DNA of 64,000 nucleotides. Origin: a virus. The translations under genes were made by a program, and so were the position numbers. The stretch covers positions 96,001 to 160,000 of the IMG/VR virus record IMGVR_UViG_3300005529_000023; one strand, 5' to 3'. Each line of letters opens with the position of its first letter. The stretch's first letter is position 1. Below the pieces are notes generated by a model. The model had not been told where the DNA came from, made no database searches, and worked only from the letters and a program-made list of their open reading frames with translations. Shown here piece by piece: positions 1 to 9,975 of this stretch.

Positions 1-1452
1 TTCGATCCTTTTCTCCAGGTGGGCACCTTGTTGCTCGCAGTCATAGATGTTGAAATCCCAAATTGTGGCTTTGTCCTTTTGGACACACTTGTCTTTCCAG
101 GGATTCTGATTATGCAAGCGAACTGATCGGCCTACAGCACCTTGTTTGGTCTTAATCTCACTCGTCCCGCCCTGCCAGTTAATCGTATGGTGGGTAGGGT
201 AAATGTTAGTTCCCGTAGAAATACAAGAGGTTCCGACCAAAGCATCCACTTCGTGCTTATTAAAAGCTTCAACACTCTCTGCGGGATCGACTTTGTGTAG
301 GCCAATCTCCGCGAGTCTTGCGGCGTTTTTCTCCGCATGTGCGATGGCTACTCGGCACTTCAGAAGAGGTAGAATCATTCTAATTTGGTCTAATTCCTCA
401 ACAAGAATAAGAGTTTGTCTTCCTAGGGCTGCCGCTTGTGCATTGGCCAATTTTGCGGAGAATGCGGCGATATTCTTGTTACCAAGGAAGTGAACGCGCT
501 TCATTTCGAGAGCGTCATTGCTGGCAAAGCTCGGATCGCTAGATTCTAGGCTCACGATTCCGAATTCGTGGGGGCAGATGTATCCTTTTGCGACTGCTTC
601 AGCAGTCGTAAGTGTGTGGACCGTCTTTCCAATGATGCTTTGTAGTAGCTTCTCCGCGCCGTCGCCACGAGTTTGGGTACCAGAAAAGAATAAGCGATAA
701 GGAACAGCAGAAAGTACACCATGACAGATTTTCTCCAGAGTTTCTGCGCCCCAAGTATGACTCTCGTCCACGCATATCATTTGTAGTTTAGAAAAGAACT
801 CCCACTCGGGCATTCCAGGCTTTACGTTTGCGATCGAATCTCCGATACAGATGGTAAACTTCTTACCTAGAACCTTCTTGCCATCGCCAAAACGGCCTAC
901 CATTCCCTTGCCAAAGTGGTGCTCGAACTTTTCTAGCAACTCGTTGAAGATGCTTCGCGAAGGAGCGATGATGGCAGAGTTGAAGCCGGTTTCTCTGCAA
1001 AGTTTGAGTAGGATGGCAGATTTGCCGGACCCCGTACAAAGTTCGACATTGCCATGTTTGATTGCTAGAAGCTTTTCCCAGCTTTCCTCTTGGTAAGGAT
1101 GCAATTCAAAAGGCAAAAGGTGCTTCCACGGCACCTTTTTTGGCTCTGGATACGTTACTGTACTTGCTACTTCGAGTGTAAGACCTTCAAGATAAGGTAA
1201 AGACCCAGGCCGAATAAACTGTCCACCATCACTAAAGAGAAGAGTATTTTTAATGCTCTTTTTAAGTTCATCGAGTCTTGCTTCCCACGCCACCCTGTTC
1301 TTCGAACGAAACCAGTGATTCTGGTAGTGACGTTTCAAAAGGTGTTGATTGGCAGTATTTGTATAGGTGAGCTGAGTGATCAGAGATTGCATCTCTGCCT
1401 CGGAACAAACTCGAATGTCCGCCCTGCTTGGCGAATCTACCTGAAATTGCAT
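1..1452 (-). CDS. Superfamily 2 DNA helicase (UvsW/DEAD-like), 3'-truncated by the window edge
   Basis: Not in the ORF track (no stop in window). Manual translation from the ATG at 1452 (MQFQVDSPSR...) is open to position 1, with Q-motif LHPYQ, Walker A CTGSGKS, Walker B ICVDESH, motif III FSGT and motif VI QGAVGRSVR. Confidence 0.88.
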   Translation of the reverse strand, partial: MQFQVDSPSRADIRVCSEAEMQSLITQLTYTNTANQHLLKRHYQNHWFRSKNRVAWEARLDELKKSIKNTLLFSDGGQFIRPGSLPYLEGLTLEVASTVTYPEPKKVPWKHLLPFELHPYQEESWEKLLAIKHGNVELCTGSGKSAILLKLCRETGFNSAIIAPSRSIFNELLEKFEHHFGKGMVGRFGDGKKVLGKKFTICIGDSIANVKPGMPEWEFFSKLQMICVDESHTWGAETLEKICHGVLSAVPYRLFFSGTQTRGDGAEKLLQSIIGKTVHTLTTAEAVAKGYICPHEFGIVSLESSDPSFASNDALEMKRVHFLGNKNIAAFSAKLANAQAAALGRQTLILVEELDQIRMILPLLKCRVAIAHAEKNAARLAEIGLHKVDPAESVEAFNKHEVDALVGTSCISTGTNIYPTHHTINWQGGTSEIKTKQGAVGRSVRLHNQNPWKDKCVQKDKATIWDFNIYDCEQQGAHLEKRIE

Positions 1453-1457
1453 GCCCC

Positions 1458-1492
1458 TAGAATATCACAACTAGCGAACTATGTGATATAGC
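1458..1492. promoter_or_regulatory. Divergent extended -10-like promoters between helicase and chaperonin
   Basis: TG-A-TATAGC on + (1484-1492) and TG-A-TATTCT on - (1466-1458); together they form the inverted repeat TATCACA/TGTGATA. Confidence 0.4.
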
Positions 1493-1518
1493 CAGTTAGA
1501 GAAAATTGGAGGATAACA

Positions 1519-3291
1519 ATGTCATCTCGCAAGGCAAAGAGCGCACCTAAGATTTTTGAAATCGATTCGAAAACGCTCAAGAAGAAAGTACTTGATACAA
1601 TGCATAGAGTATCTGAAGCTGTGGGCCGCACTATGGGTCCAGGCGGAAGAAACATCCTGATCGAAAGTGATTACCCAGGTATCCCAAACAAGAACACTAA
1701 AGACGGCGTGACTGTTTTTAAGAGTCTCGGCGCAATCGATGCCTACGAGCACCTTATCATCGAACAGGCTCGCGACGTTGCTCAAAGAACTGCAACAGAA
1801 GCCGGCGACGGCACTACGACAGCTACAGTACTTGCCTACTCCATCATTGATAATCTTTTTGAGTTCTGCGAAAAGAATCCAAAATACAGCCCTCAAAAAG
1901 CCGCACGACGCATCACAAAGGTCACGGATGACCTACTTATTCCCTTCATCGAATCGCGCAGTATCGCAATTGGTGTAGAGAACAAAGACATGCTCAAGAT
2001 GGTGGCTACTATCTCTGCTAACGGAGATTCGGACATGGCCGCTGCCGTAATCGATGCCTTTGAACAAATTGGCTACGGGGATTCCTCGCACGTCACAATT
2101 CGCGAGCTAAGCGGCAAGAAGGGTTACAAGGTCGAGCGCATCGAAGGATTTCCAATTGCGGTAGGCTTCGAAGAGTCTATCGGCAAACTCCATACTGCGT
2201 TTATCAACGATCAAGCCAATCAGCGCTGCTACCTGGAGAATCCCTTGTTTCTTCTCTACGATGGAAACGTGAACGATCTAGTCATGTTCATTCCGCTCAT
2301 GGAATCGATCGGCAACAAGTTCGTTACCGAAGGAAACAGCGACTTCAAGAATCTCGTAATTTTCGCTCACGGATTTAGCGAGAATGTACTCACGCAACTT
2401 GCATTCAATTTCTCAAACCCAAACACGATCAATGTTTTACCGATGATCACTCCTATGGCCCAATTTCTCAACAGCCAAACTCATTTCCTCCATGATTTGG
2501 CTGCATTCACTGGTGCCAAAGTATTTGGTCTGAAGGATCAAGTCTCACAAGCCACGCTATCAGACCTGGGCCGTGGTATGGAGAGCTTCGAAGCTTATCG
2601 CTTCAGATCTACTGTCATCGGCGACCCTGACCCCGTTAACGTCGAGGTCAGGGCCGAAGATTTGAAAACCATGATGGAAAATGCGGAAAGCCAAGCAGAA
2701 AAGATCCTGCTTGAGGAACGCATCGGCAAGATCACAAACGGTATTGCCAAACTGACCATCTATGGTGGCTCAAATGGCGAGTTGAAGGAAGCTCACGATC
2801 GCTGCGAAGACGCAGTTTGCGCAGTTCGCTCTGCGATCTCACACGGCGCCCTTCCCGGTGGATGCCGAATGGCCATCGACATGGCGATTAAGCTCATGCA
2901 GGACATTCCCGAAGGAGATCCTGCCCGAGAAGTGCTGGTCCCCGCACTTTTGTCGCTTCCAAGCAAACTCCTAGATAACGCTGGTTACGACAAAGAAGAG
3001 ATCAATGATGTTATCTCCAAGCTTGTCCAAGACCAGGATACTGTCTACGATATCGAGAACCAAAAGTACGGAAAAGCTGAAGAACTTGGCCTATTTGACG
3101 CTACTAAGGCAGTTTCTGAGTCACTAAGAAATGCAGTTTCGATCGCCTCGGTTCTAGGAACCATGGGCGGCCTTGTTTGCCATCCTCGCGATGATGTTTT
3201 CGAACGTGCCGAAGCAAGGTTGGACTCTGAGTACATGCGTGCGACAGAGAATCCCAACCAATTTATCAACGAAGCTAACGAACGCCCTTAG
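1519..3291 (+). CDS. groEL: Phage-encoded GroEL-like chaperonin
   Basis: 590 aa with TMGPGGRN, TKDGVTV and AGDGTTTATVLA motifs, ISANGD, and DAVCAVRSAISHGALPGG; GGAGG RBS. Confidence 0.95.
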   Translation: MSSRKAKSAPKIFEIDSKTLKKKVLDTMHRVSEAVGRTMGPGGRNILIESDYPGIPNKNTKDGVTVFKSLGAIDAYEHLIIEQARDVAQRTATEAGDGTTTATVLAYSIIDNLFEFCEKNPKYSPQKAARRITKVTDDLLIPFIESRSIAIGVENKDMLKMVATISANGDSDMAAAVIDAFEQIGYGDSSHVTIRELSGKKGYKVERIEGFPIAVGFEESIGKLHTAFINDQANQRCYLENPLFLLYDGNVNDLVMFIPLMESIGNKFVTEGNSDFKNLVIFAHGFSENVLTQLAFNFSNPNTINVLPMITPMAQFLNSQTHFLHDLAAFTGAKVFGLKDQVSQATLSDLGRGMESFEAYRFRSTVIGDPDPVNVEVRAEDLKTMMENAESQAEKILLEERIGKITNGIAKLTIYGGSNGELKEAHDRCEDAVCAVRSAISHGALPGGCRMAIDMAIKLMQDIPEGDPAREVLVPALLSLPSKLLDNAGYDKEEINDVISKLVQDQDTVYDIENQKYGKAEELGLFDATKAVSESLRNAVSIASVLGTMGGLVCHPRDDVFERAEARLDSEYMRATENPNQFINEANERP

Positions 3292-3325
3292 CTCTATTAA
3301 AAAATATAGTGCGACAGTAATCTTA

Positions 3326-3508
3326 ATGATTATGAAGCCTTACAAGACTATACGCGGTGACGAAGGCTATTGTTGTGAGTGGGACGATGGACCATACAAA
3401 GACTTCAAAAGAAAACATCGCAGAACAAAGAAAAGAGCAGACAAAAATCTGGTCAAGGAAGAACTTTCTAAGGAACTGGCGTCAGTGGCTAAGAAAGTTA
3501 AAGTGTAA
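3326..3508 (+). CDS. Small basic hypothetical protein
   Basis: MIMKPYKTIRG...KKVKV, the 3' part of track ORF 3173..3508; starts right after an AATCTTAA motif. Confidence 0.4.
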   Translation: MIMKPYKTIRGDEGYCCEWDDGPYKDFKRKHRRTKKRADKNLVKEELSKELASVAKKVKV

Positions 3509-3641
3509 GCTCGGTTTCCATGACTGCGAGAACTATTTCTACGTCATGTCGATTCCAGGGAAGGACGAAGAGTATCCCTGGCGAACTTATGGGAGAAGGT
3601 ACTGTAAGCACTGTCCTTACTGGTGCCTCATAAGCAAATGA
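3357..3641 (+). CDS. Small Cys-rich hypothetical protein (true start uncertain)
   Basis: Its stop overlaps the terminase ATG (ATGA at 3638-3641); contains KLKCKLGFHDC and CKHC. Confidence 0.5.
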   Translation: MTKAIVVSGTMDHTKTSKENIAEQRKEQTKIWSRKNFLRNWRQWLRKLKCKLGFHDCENYFYVMSIPGKDEEYPWRTYGRRYCKHCPYWCLISK

Positions 3642-5551
3642 ACTTCAAAGACCTATCAGAAGAGTTAACCAAAGAGTACTCGGACGAGATGTTCCGAATT
3701 CTGAACTCTGCCGATGAGCTAAAAGACTGGATCATGTTCTACCTTGGTTTGGATATGCCTAACGGTCATGTCGATCCCGATAGCAACTCTAGTCCCGTAG
3801 AAGCCATGTGGGAAATCTACGACACGATCAAGAACAACAAGGGCGAGGACAGTCCTGGCTACATCATGTTGTCGGCTCGTGAAGGCTACAAAACGCTTTC
3901 TTCTTCTATTCTAGAAACACTTCTGATGCTGCACTTTCAGGTGACCATCGCTCACATGGCGGCCATCAAAGAGCAGTCTTCGAAATCGATATCTTATATC
4001 AATTACTTCTTCAGTAAGATCGAACCACTCCTGGTCTATCGTGGATGGGTCAATAAGAGCCAAAACAAAACCAAAGTAGAATGGCGTTCGCCCGAAGGCG
4101 AAGATGTATACATCCAGGTCATCGTGGCCACCATGTCCGGTGCTAACTCTGCGCATACGAACCTCATGTTCATTGATGAGATCGACGTTGTGAAAGATCC
4201 TCAAGCTTATGAGGAAGCAAAGCTTATCCCTGGTTTCGCTAAGGGTATATTCCCGGTAACGGTCAAGCTTTCTACGCGTAAATTTGCATTCGGTCTTATG
4301 CAAATCGAGATTGATAAGGCAACCAAGCCTATCGACCCTTCTGGTGATAAGATCCTTCGCTGGAACATTATTGATGTTACTGCTAGGTGTGAAACTACTA
4401 GGCATAAGCCCGACCTTCCTAGAGAAGATCGCTATGTAGCAAAAGGACTGCCGCTCAGACAGATCAGCGTTGAAGACTTTGAAGGTCTTCCAGAGATTGA
4501 AAAAGACAAATGGGAAAAAGTAGAACAAGCATTCGAGGGATGTAAGAGTTGTAAACTTCTCCCTGTTTGTAAAACAAGACTAGCCAAACGTCCAGAATCA
4601 GACGTGCCTAGTCCAACTAAACTCTACAAGCCAGTTGGCACCGTAATCAACACTTTCAAGAAAACCAATCCCGACATGGCTGAAGCTCAGCTTATGTGCT
4701 GGAAACCTTCCAGCAAGGGCATGGTGTACCCACGCTTCGAGAACGTGGTCGATAACGGTAACGTGTTGAGCCTGGAGAAGGCTTGGGAAATTCTATCTGG
4801 CGACAAGCCTAAGAAGTCCAAGATTTCAGACATCGATTTGATCTTCTTGATGAAGATAGCCGGCATCCGATTCTTTGCCGGAGTGGATTGGGGCTATACG
4901 CATGACTTCGTTATCGTTGTATTCGCCATGATCCCTAACGGTGACGTTTGGGTCGTAGACTGTTACTCCAACTCTGGCCTTGAATTTCCTGACTGCTTGG
5001 AAATTGCCAAAACCTACAGGGACAAGTACACAATAGAACGCTGGTTCTGCGACCAAGCGATGCCTTCGCATATCAAGTCCTTCAATAAGAACCATATGAA
5101 GTCTCCGAAGTTCACCAAGGATGTTATTGGAGGTATTGAGGCCCTACGCTCGAAGATTGTGGATACTACCGGGCGCCGCTATCTTCAGGTGCTAAACGTT
5201 GAAGCAAACCAAAAAGTGATCTTCTCTTTTCTTAAGCACCACTTCAAACTCGGCCCGGACGGCAACCCAACTCTTGAGCCAGATGATACTCCAGGAGTAG
5301 CCGACCAGGCGGACGCCATGCGCTACGTGGGACAGAACATGTTCCCTGTAAAAGGCCCTCAGAAGCCCGAGGCAGTTTGGGTAGACCAATCAGGCCAACG
5401 CATGGACCCAAACGATCCTATAGCCAGGGAACAGGCTAGGATCGCATCCCAGCATGAGATCCAGATGCGCGACGAAATAGCCAAGAGAATCGGGGCAGAA
5501 CCCTCCTCGGGTGGAACTGTACGTAAGGGTGGGTTCCACTGGAGTTTTTGA
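3638..5551 (+). CDS. Terminase large subunit
   Basis: Walker A-like SAREGYKT, Walker B LMFIDEID, RNase H-like nuclease FAGVDWGY...DQADAMRY; lies upstream of the portal. ATG 3638 preferred to the track start 3623. Confidence 0.92.
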   Translation: MNFKDLSEELTKEYSDEMFRILNSADELKDWIMFYLGLDMPNGHVDPDSNSSPVEAMWEIYDTIKNNKGEDSPGYIMLSAREGYKTLSSSILETLLMLHFQVTIAHMAAIKEQSSKSISYINYFFSKIEPLLVYRGWVNKSQNKTKVEWRSPEGEDVYIQVIVATMSGANSAHTNLMFIDEIDVVKDPQAYEEAKLIPGFAKGIFPVTVKLSTRKFAFGLMQIEIDKATKPIDPSGDKILRWNIIDVTARCETTRHKPDLPREDRYVAKGLPLRQISVEDFEGLPEIEKDKWEKVEQAFEGCKSCKLLPVCKTRLAKRPESDVPSPTKLYKPVGTVINTFKKTNPDMAEAQLMCWKPSSKGMVYPRFENVVDNGNVLSLEKAWEILSGDKPKKSKISDIDLIFLMKIAGIRFFAGVDWGYTHDFVIVVFAMIPNGDVWVVDCYSNSGLEFPDCLEIAKTYRDKYTIERWFCDQAMPSHIKSFNKNHMKSPKFTKDVIGGIEALRSKIVDTTGRRYLQVLNVEANQKVIFSFLKHHFKLGPDGNPTLEPDDTPGVADQADAMRYVGQNMFPVKGPQKPEAVWVDQSGQRMDPNDPIAREQARIASQHEIQMRDEIAKRIGAEPSSGGTVRKGGFHWSF

Positions 5552-5575
5552 ACTCAGAAGCAATCTTTAACCTAT

Positions 5576-6181
5576 ATGGAAGCTTATATTTACAAAATCA
5601 CTAATAAAATCAACGACAAAGTTTACATTGGTCAAACAGTTCAGAAGCTCAATAAGAGATGGAGCGAACACTGTCACAATGCAAGTAGCTGTAAAGTTCT
5701 CAGAAGTGCAATTCAGAAATATGGCCCAGAAAACTTTGAGATGACACCGTTACACATTATTCATGGAGATGACAAAACGCTAATTAGAAAAGAGTTGAAT
5801 GTCTTAGAGATGCAAGAAATAAAATCACATTCTTCTTTGATCCCCCATGGATACAACATACTGAAAGGTGGGAATACTTCTCCTGGTAGGCGATGGAAAG
5901 TGCCGCCATTTCAGGGAAGAAAACACACGGAAGAAACAAAGCAAAAAATTGCTAAAGCAAACGTTGGACTCAAACGCCCCTGGATGCTCGAACATGCTCA
6001 TAAAATGACCGAGCAAAGAAAAAGACAGATTGTCTGCAATGAAACTGGTCAAGTGTGGAACTCGATCAAAGAGTGCGCAAAGAGTTTCGGGGCTAAGCCA
6101 GAAGCTGTCCACAGAGTACTTAGAGGAAAACGTAAGCATTTCAGAAAACTCACCTTTTCCTATTTTCCAAAGCAATCTTAG
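5576..6181 (+). mobile_element. Free-standing GIY-YIG homing endonuclease with NUMOD3 and C-terminal HTH
   Basis: AYIYKITNKINDKVYIGQT; NUMOD3-like GRKHTEETKQKIAKA; NUMOD1-like IVCNETGQVWNSIKECAK. Confidence 0.9.
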
Positions 6182-6212
6182 ATAGTGAGTAGTCTAAACA
6201 AGAGGTTCTTGA

Positions 6213-6599
6213 ATGCCAAACTTTAATTTCGAAGTGTTTCTAAATAGTTATGCGGATGCTATCTCGACGAATAGCCCATCCATGAACAACTTCAAATGGG
6301 ATAGAAACGTAAACGGACTTTCCGTAAATAATCCAACTAGTTTGACAGCACAGATCGCCGCTTCTGGATCGCAAACTCTCTTCACTGGCGGCAACACTAA
6401 GAGAATGGTCTACCTAGAAGTTGACCAGATTTGTACGGTTACTATCAACGGCAGTATCACCTTCACCGTTAAGCCTCTTGTCCAGGGAACTAACGTCTAC
6501 CCCGGAGTTCTCATGTTGGTCAGTGATATAACTTCTTTAAGCGTTACAAATACTAGCGGCACAACTGCAGCAAACGTGTTTATGGCGGCTATCGAGTAA
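6213..6599 (+). CDS. Hypothetical virion-associated protein (beta-rich)
   Basis: 128 aa, rich in T/S/N/V; sits between terminase and portal behind the candidate late motif. Confidence 0.7.
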   Translation: MPNFNFEVFLNSYADAISTNSPSMNNFKWDRNVNGLSVNNPTSLTAQIAASGSQTLFTGGNTKRMVYLEVDQICTVTINGSITFTVKPLVQGTNVYPGVLMLVSDITSLSVTNTSGTTAANVFMAAIE

Positions 6600-6605
6600 T
6601 AGACT

Positions 6606-8456
6606 ATGAGCGACCAAAACAAACAACAGCCTCAGCCTGATCCAAAGGCAGTTACCATTCCTCAGAAGATGGTGTTTGCTATGAGTCAGTCTGCCGGTGA
6701 GTTGCTAGAAAAGTCTGGCTATGAATCAGCGAATCCTTACTCTCCGCTGATGTACGCCCTCTCGTCTAGCTTGACGAACCCAGTGAACAAGAAAGCTCCA
6801 CGACTTGCTTTCACAGAAAACCCTGCTCCATCCGATAACTACCTCGGCCTTTTCAAGTCGAAGCGTCGCCTACTACCCGACGAAGTCTTAAAGCAGATCC
6901 GCGTACAGGACCATCTAGTTGCGTCGATTCTACGTGCTCGCGGAAGCATGCTCAGCCTCTTTGGCCATCTCCGCAAGGACCGATTCGATGTAGGCGTAGA
7001 GATCGCACTCAAACCAGATTTTTACGATGTCCTCACTCCCGAACAGTATTCCAAAGTAACTGAACGCATGAAGAAGTTCGAAAAGCTTCTTCTCAACTGC
7101 GGTCATACTGCTGGCCTAGAACTTCAAGACAAGATGACTCTTGCGCAGTTTATGGACATTCAAACACAGAACGGCCTCAACTTTGGCAGGTTCGCTACAG
7201 AAATTATCTACGATCGTACAGCTGAAGAAGATGAGGATGGCAATTTCCCATTTCATCGCTTCCGTCCAGTTGATGTGGCCACGATCTATCGCTGTGTTCG
7301 TAAGGGCGAGTATGTAGGCAACAACCTACGTGAAATCGCCATGAAGATGCTGGAAAGCATCACAGGCGACAAGCCTAAGATCGACATGAGCAAACTCAGG
7401 GAAGACCAATATGCCTGGTTACAGGTGATTGATGGAACGCCAAGGCAGGCGTTCACCCATCGTGAAATGCTCGTCTTCAACCTATTTCCATGTACCGACA
7501 TCGAAATGAATGGGTATCCTGTATCTCCGCTTGATACAGTTGTTAGCTCGGTCACAACGCACATTTCTATCGATGCGTACAAAAAACTCTACTTCCAAAA
7601 CGGACGTGCCTCAAAGGGTATGCTCGTTATCAAGTCTGACGAAATCGACGGCCAGACACTAAATGACATCAAACTGCAATTCAACGCGTCGATTAACAAC
7701 GTTACAAACAGTTTCCGTACTCCTATCTTCGGTATGGGCAAGGAAGACGACGTTGACTGGTTACCCTTCAACGGCGAAGGAATGCACGATGACGACTTCC
7801 AGTTCATGTATGACCAGATCGCTAGAAACATTCTATCGGCTTTCTCGATTAGTCCTGATGAGCTACCTGGCTATAGTCATTTGTCTCGTGGTACTAACAG
7901 TCAGACTCTGTCTGAAAGTAACAACGAGTTTAAGCTTACTGCTGCTCGCGATACTGGGCTACGTCCCCTCATCCTTAAGTTCCAGACCTTCTTCAACGAA
8001 ATCCTCTTCCCAATTGTAGATCCACTTCTAGCTAAAATCGCAGAAGTGAAGTTCAGTGGTATCGACGCTCAATCCAAGGAACAGGAGTCTACACGTCTAC
8101 AGCAAGACATGCCTACTCACATGACCTACGATGAGGTTCTTCGTGAGGTAGACAAGGAACCAGTAGGCAAGATCCTGGCCGGCGAGTTCCCATTCAACGA
8201 ACGCTGGCAGTTGATCGTAGATAAGTACAAGAACGTTGGCGAACTCATGGGCGAAACGCTCAATGATTGTGCCGCTATCGTAGATCCACTACTGCGCTAC
8301 AAACGCGATCCATTTCATTTACAGTGGCTACAACTAATGGCTCAAGCAAACCCTGCAGCAGTGCAGGCATACTTTGCTCCAAGACCTTACGCTATGGAAA
8401 TCCTAAAGATGTGCGTAGAGGATTCTTTGGAAGCCGAAGAGAATATCGGAGAGTAA
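6606..8456 (+). CDS. Portal protein
   Basis: 616 aa with HK97-family portal motifs FRPVDVATI, GYPVSPLD, KLYFQNGRASKGML, DDFQFM...ARNILSAFSISPDELPG, GLRPLI; follows the terminase. Confidence 0.9.
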   Translation: MSDQNKQQPQPDPKAVTIPQKMVFAMSQSAGELLEKSGYESANPYSPLMYALSSSLTNPVNKKAPRLAFTENPAPSDNYLGLFKSKRRLLPDEVLKQIRVQDHLVASILRARGSMLSLFGHLRKDRFDVGVEIALKPDFYDVLTPEQYSKVTERMKKFEKLLLNCGHTAGLELQDKMTLAQFMDIQTQNGLNFGRFATEIIYDRTAEEDEDGNFPFHRFRPVDVATIYRCVRKGEYVGNNLREIAMKMLESITGDKPKIDMSKLREDQYAWLQVIDGTPRQAFTHREMLVFNLFPCTDIEMNGYPVSPLDTVVSSVTTHISIDAYKKLYFQNGRASKGMLVIKSDEIDGQTLNDIKLQFNASINNVTNSFRTPIFGMGKEDDVDWLPFNGEGMHDDDFQFMYDQIARNILSAFSISPDELPGYSHLSRGTNSQTLSESNNEFKLTAARDTGLRPLILKFQTFFNEILFPIVDPLLAKIAEVKFSGIDAQSKEQESTRLQQDMPTHMTYDEVLREVDKEPVGKILAGEFPFNERWQLIVDKYKNVGELMGETLNDCAAIVDPLLRYKRDPFHLQWLQLMAQANPAAVQAYFAPRPYAMEILKMCVEDSLEAEENIGE

Positions 8457-8457
8457 C

Positions 8458-9168
8458 ATGGCTGAAATCAATTACAAAAAGAAGTATTTCGACCTGAGAA
8501 CTAGATATATCAACGATCTAGATATGGCATTTCGCCTTGGCATCGAACAAGGCGCCCAACAGGAACAGATCAATCAGGCTAACCAGCAGCAACAGCAACA
8601 AGCTGAACTTGAAATGGCTCAGGCACAAGCTGCGGCTGGCGGTGGACAGCCTGGCGAAGGCGGACCTCCAGGTGCTGGCGGCCCAGAAGGCGCCCCTAAA
8701 GAAGGCGGAGAGAAGCCCCCAGGACAAGAATCTGGACAAGAATCTGGACAGATGTCCAGTTCCAGTCCAGATGGCGCACCAGCTATCGGCGGCGGTTCGG
8801 AACTAGATCAGCACATCTCTCAGCTAGAATCCATGCTCGGTAAGCCAGCTGGATCTCCCGAAGAAATGCAGAGTAACATCAAGAAAGCCCTAGGCGAGAT
8901 TAAGTCTCTTCGTAAGGCTCAACTCCAAGCAATCGAATTAAAGAAGTCCGCTGCAGCTATTCCAGCCATTGCTAAGGCCCTTCACAGGCCAGCTTTCAAG
9001 ATGAGCAGACTTGCTTCTCAAAACTTGAACGACAACGCCAAAAAAGCCGTAACGATGCAAGAAAAAATCGTTGGCGACATCATGAAGAAGTGGCAAGAAG
9101 AAGAAACTAAGGCTGCCAAAGATATCGTGAACGTTCTGAGCGTTGAAGGCTTGACCAAGAAGGAGTAA
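8458..9168 (+). CDS. Hypothetical head-associated protein with Q-rich and G/P-rich low-complexity segments
   Basis: Coupled to the portal (1-nt gap); 236 aa. Confidence 0.75.
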   Translation: MAEINYKKKYFDLRTRYINDLDMAFRLGIEQGAQQEQINQANQQQQQQAELEMAQAQAAAGGGQPGEGGPPGAGGPEGAPKEGGEKPPGQESGQESGQMSSSSPDGAPAIGGGSELDQHISQLESMLGKPAGSPEEMQSNIKKALGEIKSLRKAQLQAIELKKSAAAIPAIAKALHRPAFKMSRLASQNLNDNAKKAVTMQEKIVGDIMKKWQEEETKAAKDIVNVLSVEGLTKKE

Positions 9169-9171
9169 GCC

Positions 9172-9939
9172 ATGTTTGGCATCTCCTCTTCAGGGAAAGA
9201 AGCCTTAGCGCAAACTATAGAAGACCTATTCGATAGAATTGCCCTAGAGTTTCTTGGTGAAATCCCTAGCCTCAAAGACAAGAAAAAGCTGATCATCAGC
9301 TACGCAAGGAACTTTGGCCTTCCGCACTTATTCATTCAGGCAATGGCCAACAGAACTCCGAACGCTATTGAGGCAGACGTTCTCAAAAGCCTACTCGCAA
9401 GTTCTCATGGCTACATTGAGTCCCTAAAGAATAAGACTCGCTCAAACGTTACCGAAAGAATCGATGGTTTGGCCAGAGAAGCCCGCCTGCAAAAGCGCAA
9501 GCTAGCTGTAGAAGAAGTCCAAGCTGTCCTGGATGACGAACTAGGAAAGGCCAAGAGCCACCTTCAAGCGATCGTAGAGTCTGAGAGCACGAAACTGCGC
9601 AACCTTGGCACAGCCATGGATATCACGCGTGTAGCGGCTGATCTTGGGGACAGCGACCCTACGGTATTTTTTGTAGTAGTAAGGGATGGAGCGACCTGCA
9701 AAGAATGCGTTCGCCTGCATCTTTCGGAAGATGGCGTGACGCCTAGATTGTGGAAGTTTTCGGAACTTAAACAGGGTTACCATAAGCGTGGGGAAGAGAA
9801 TCCTTCAGCATTCGGCTTACATCCTCATTGCCGCTGTACTCTTACATACTTGAGCAGAGGGTTTGGTTTTAACGAAAGTGGCAAGCTACAATACCAAGCA
9901 GAAGCACACGACGAATACTCTCACCAGAGAAAGAAATAG
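9172..9939 (+). CDS. Head morphogenesis protein (Mu gpF/SPP1 gp7-like)
   Basis: C-terminal DGATCKEC...LHPHCRCTL motif; lies downstream of the portal. Confidence 0.8.
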   Translation: MFGISSSGKEALAQTIEDLFDRIALEFLGEIPSLKDKKKLIISYARNFGLPHLFIQAMANRTPNAIEADVLKSLLASSHGYIESLKNKTRSNVTERIDGLAREARLQKRKLAVEEVQAVLDDELGKAKSHLQAIVESESTKLRNLGTAMDITRVAADLGDSDPTVFFVVVRDGATCKECVRLHLSEDGVTPRLWKFSELKQGYHKRGEENPSAFGLHPHCRCTLTYLSRGFGFNESGKLQYQAEAHDEYSHQRKK

Positions 9940-9940
9940 T

Positions 9941-9969
9941 TTGACTGCTTAACTACACATTGATACTCT
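9941..9969 (+). promoter_or_regulatory. Sigma70-like promoter
   Basis: TTGACT-17 nt-TACTCT with TG extension, 6 nt before ATG 9976. Confidence 0.6.
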
Positions 9970-9975
9970 GAGTAT

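Noticed and set aside
132-1096. Short track ORFs over the first 1.1 kb
   Set aside because: They are shadows of the long minus-strand helicase frame (1452 to beyond position 1), which the track missed because it has no stop in the window.
3638-5551. Intein in the terminase
   Set aside because: No N-terminal C/S block A, no His-Asn end and no LAGLIDADG motifs; the extra length is a short Cys-rich insertion.
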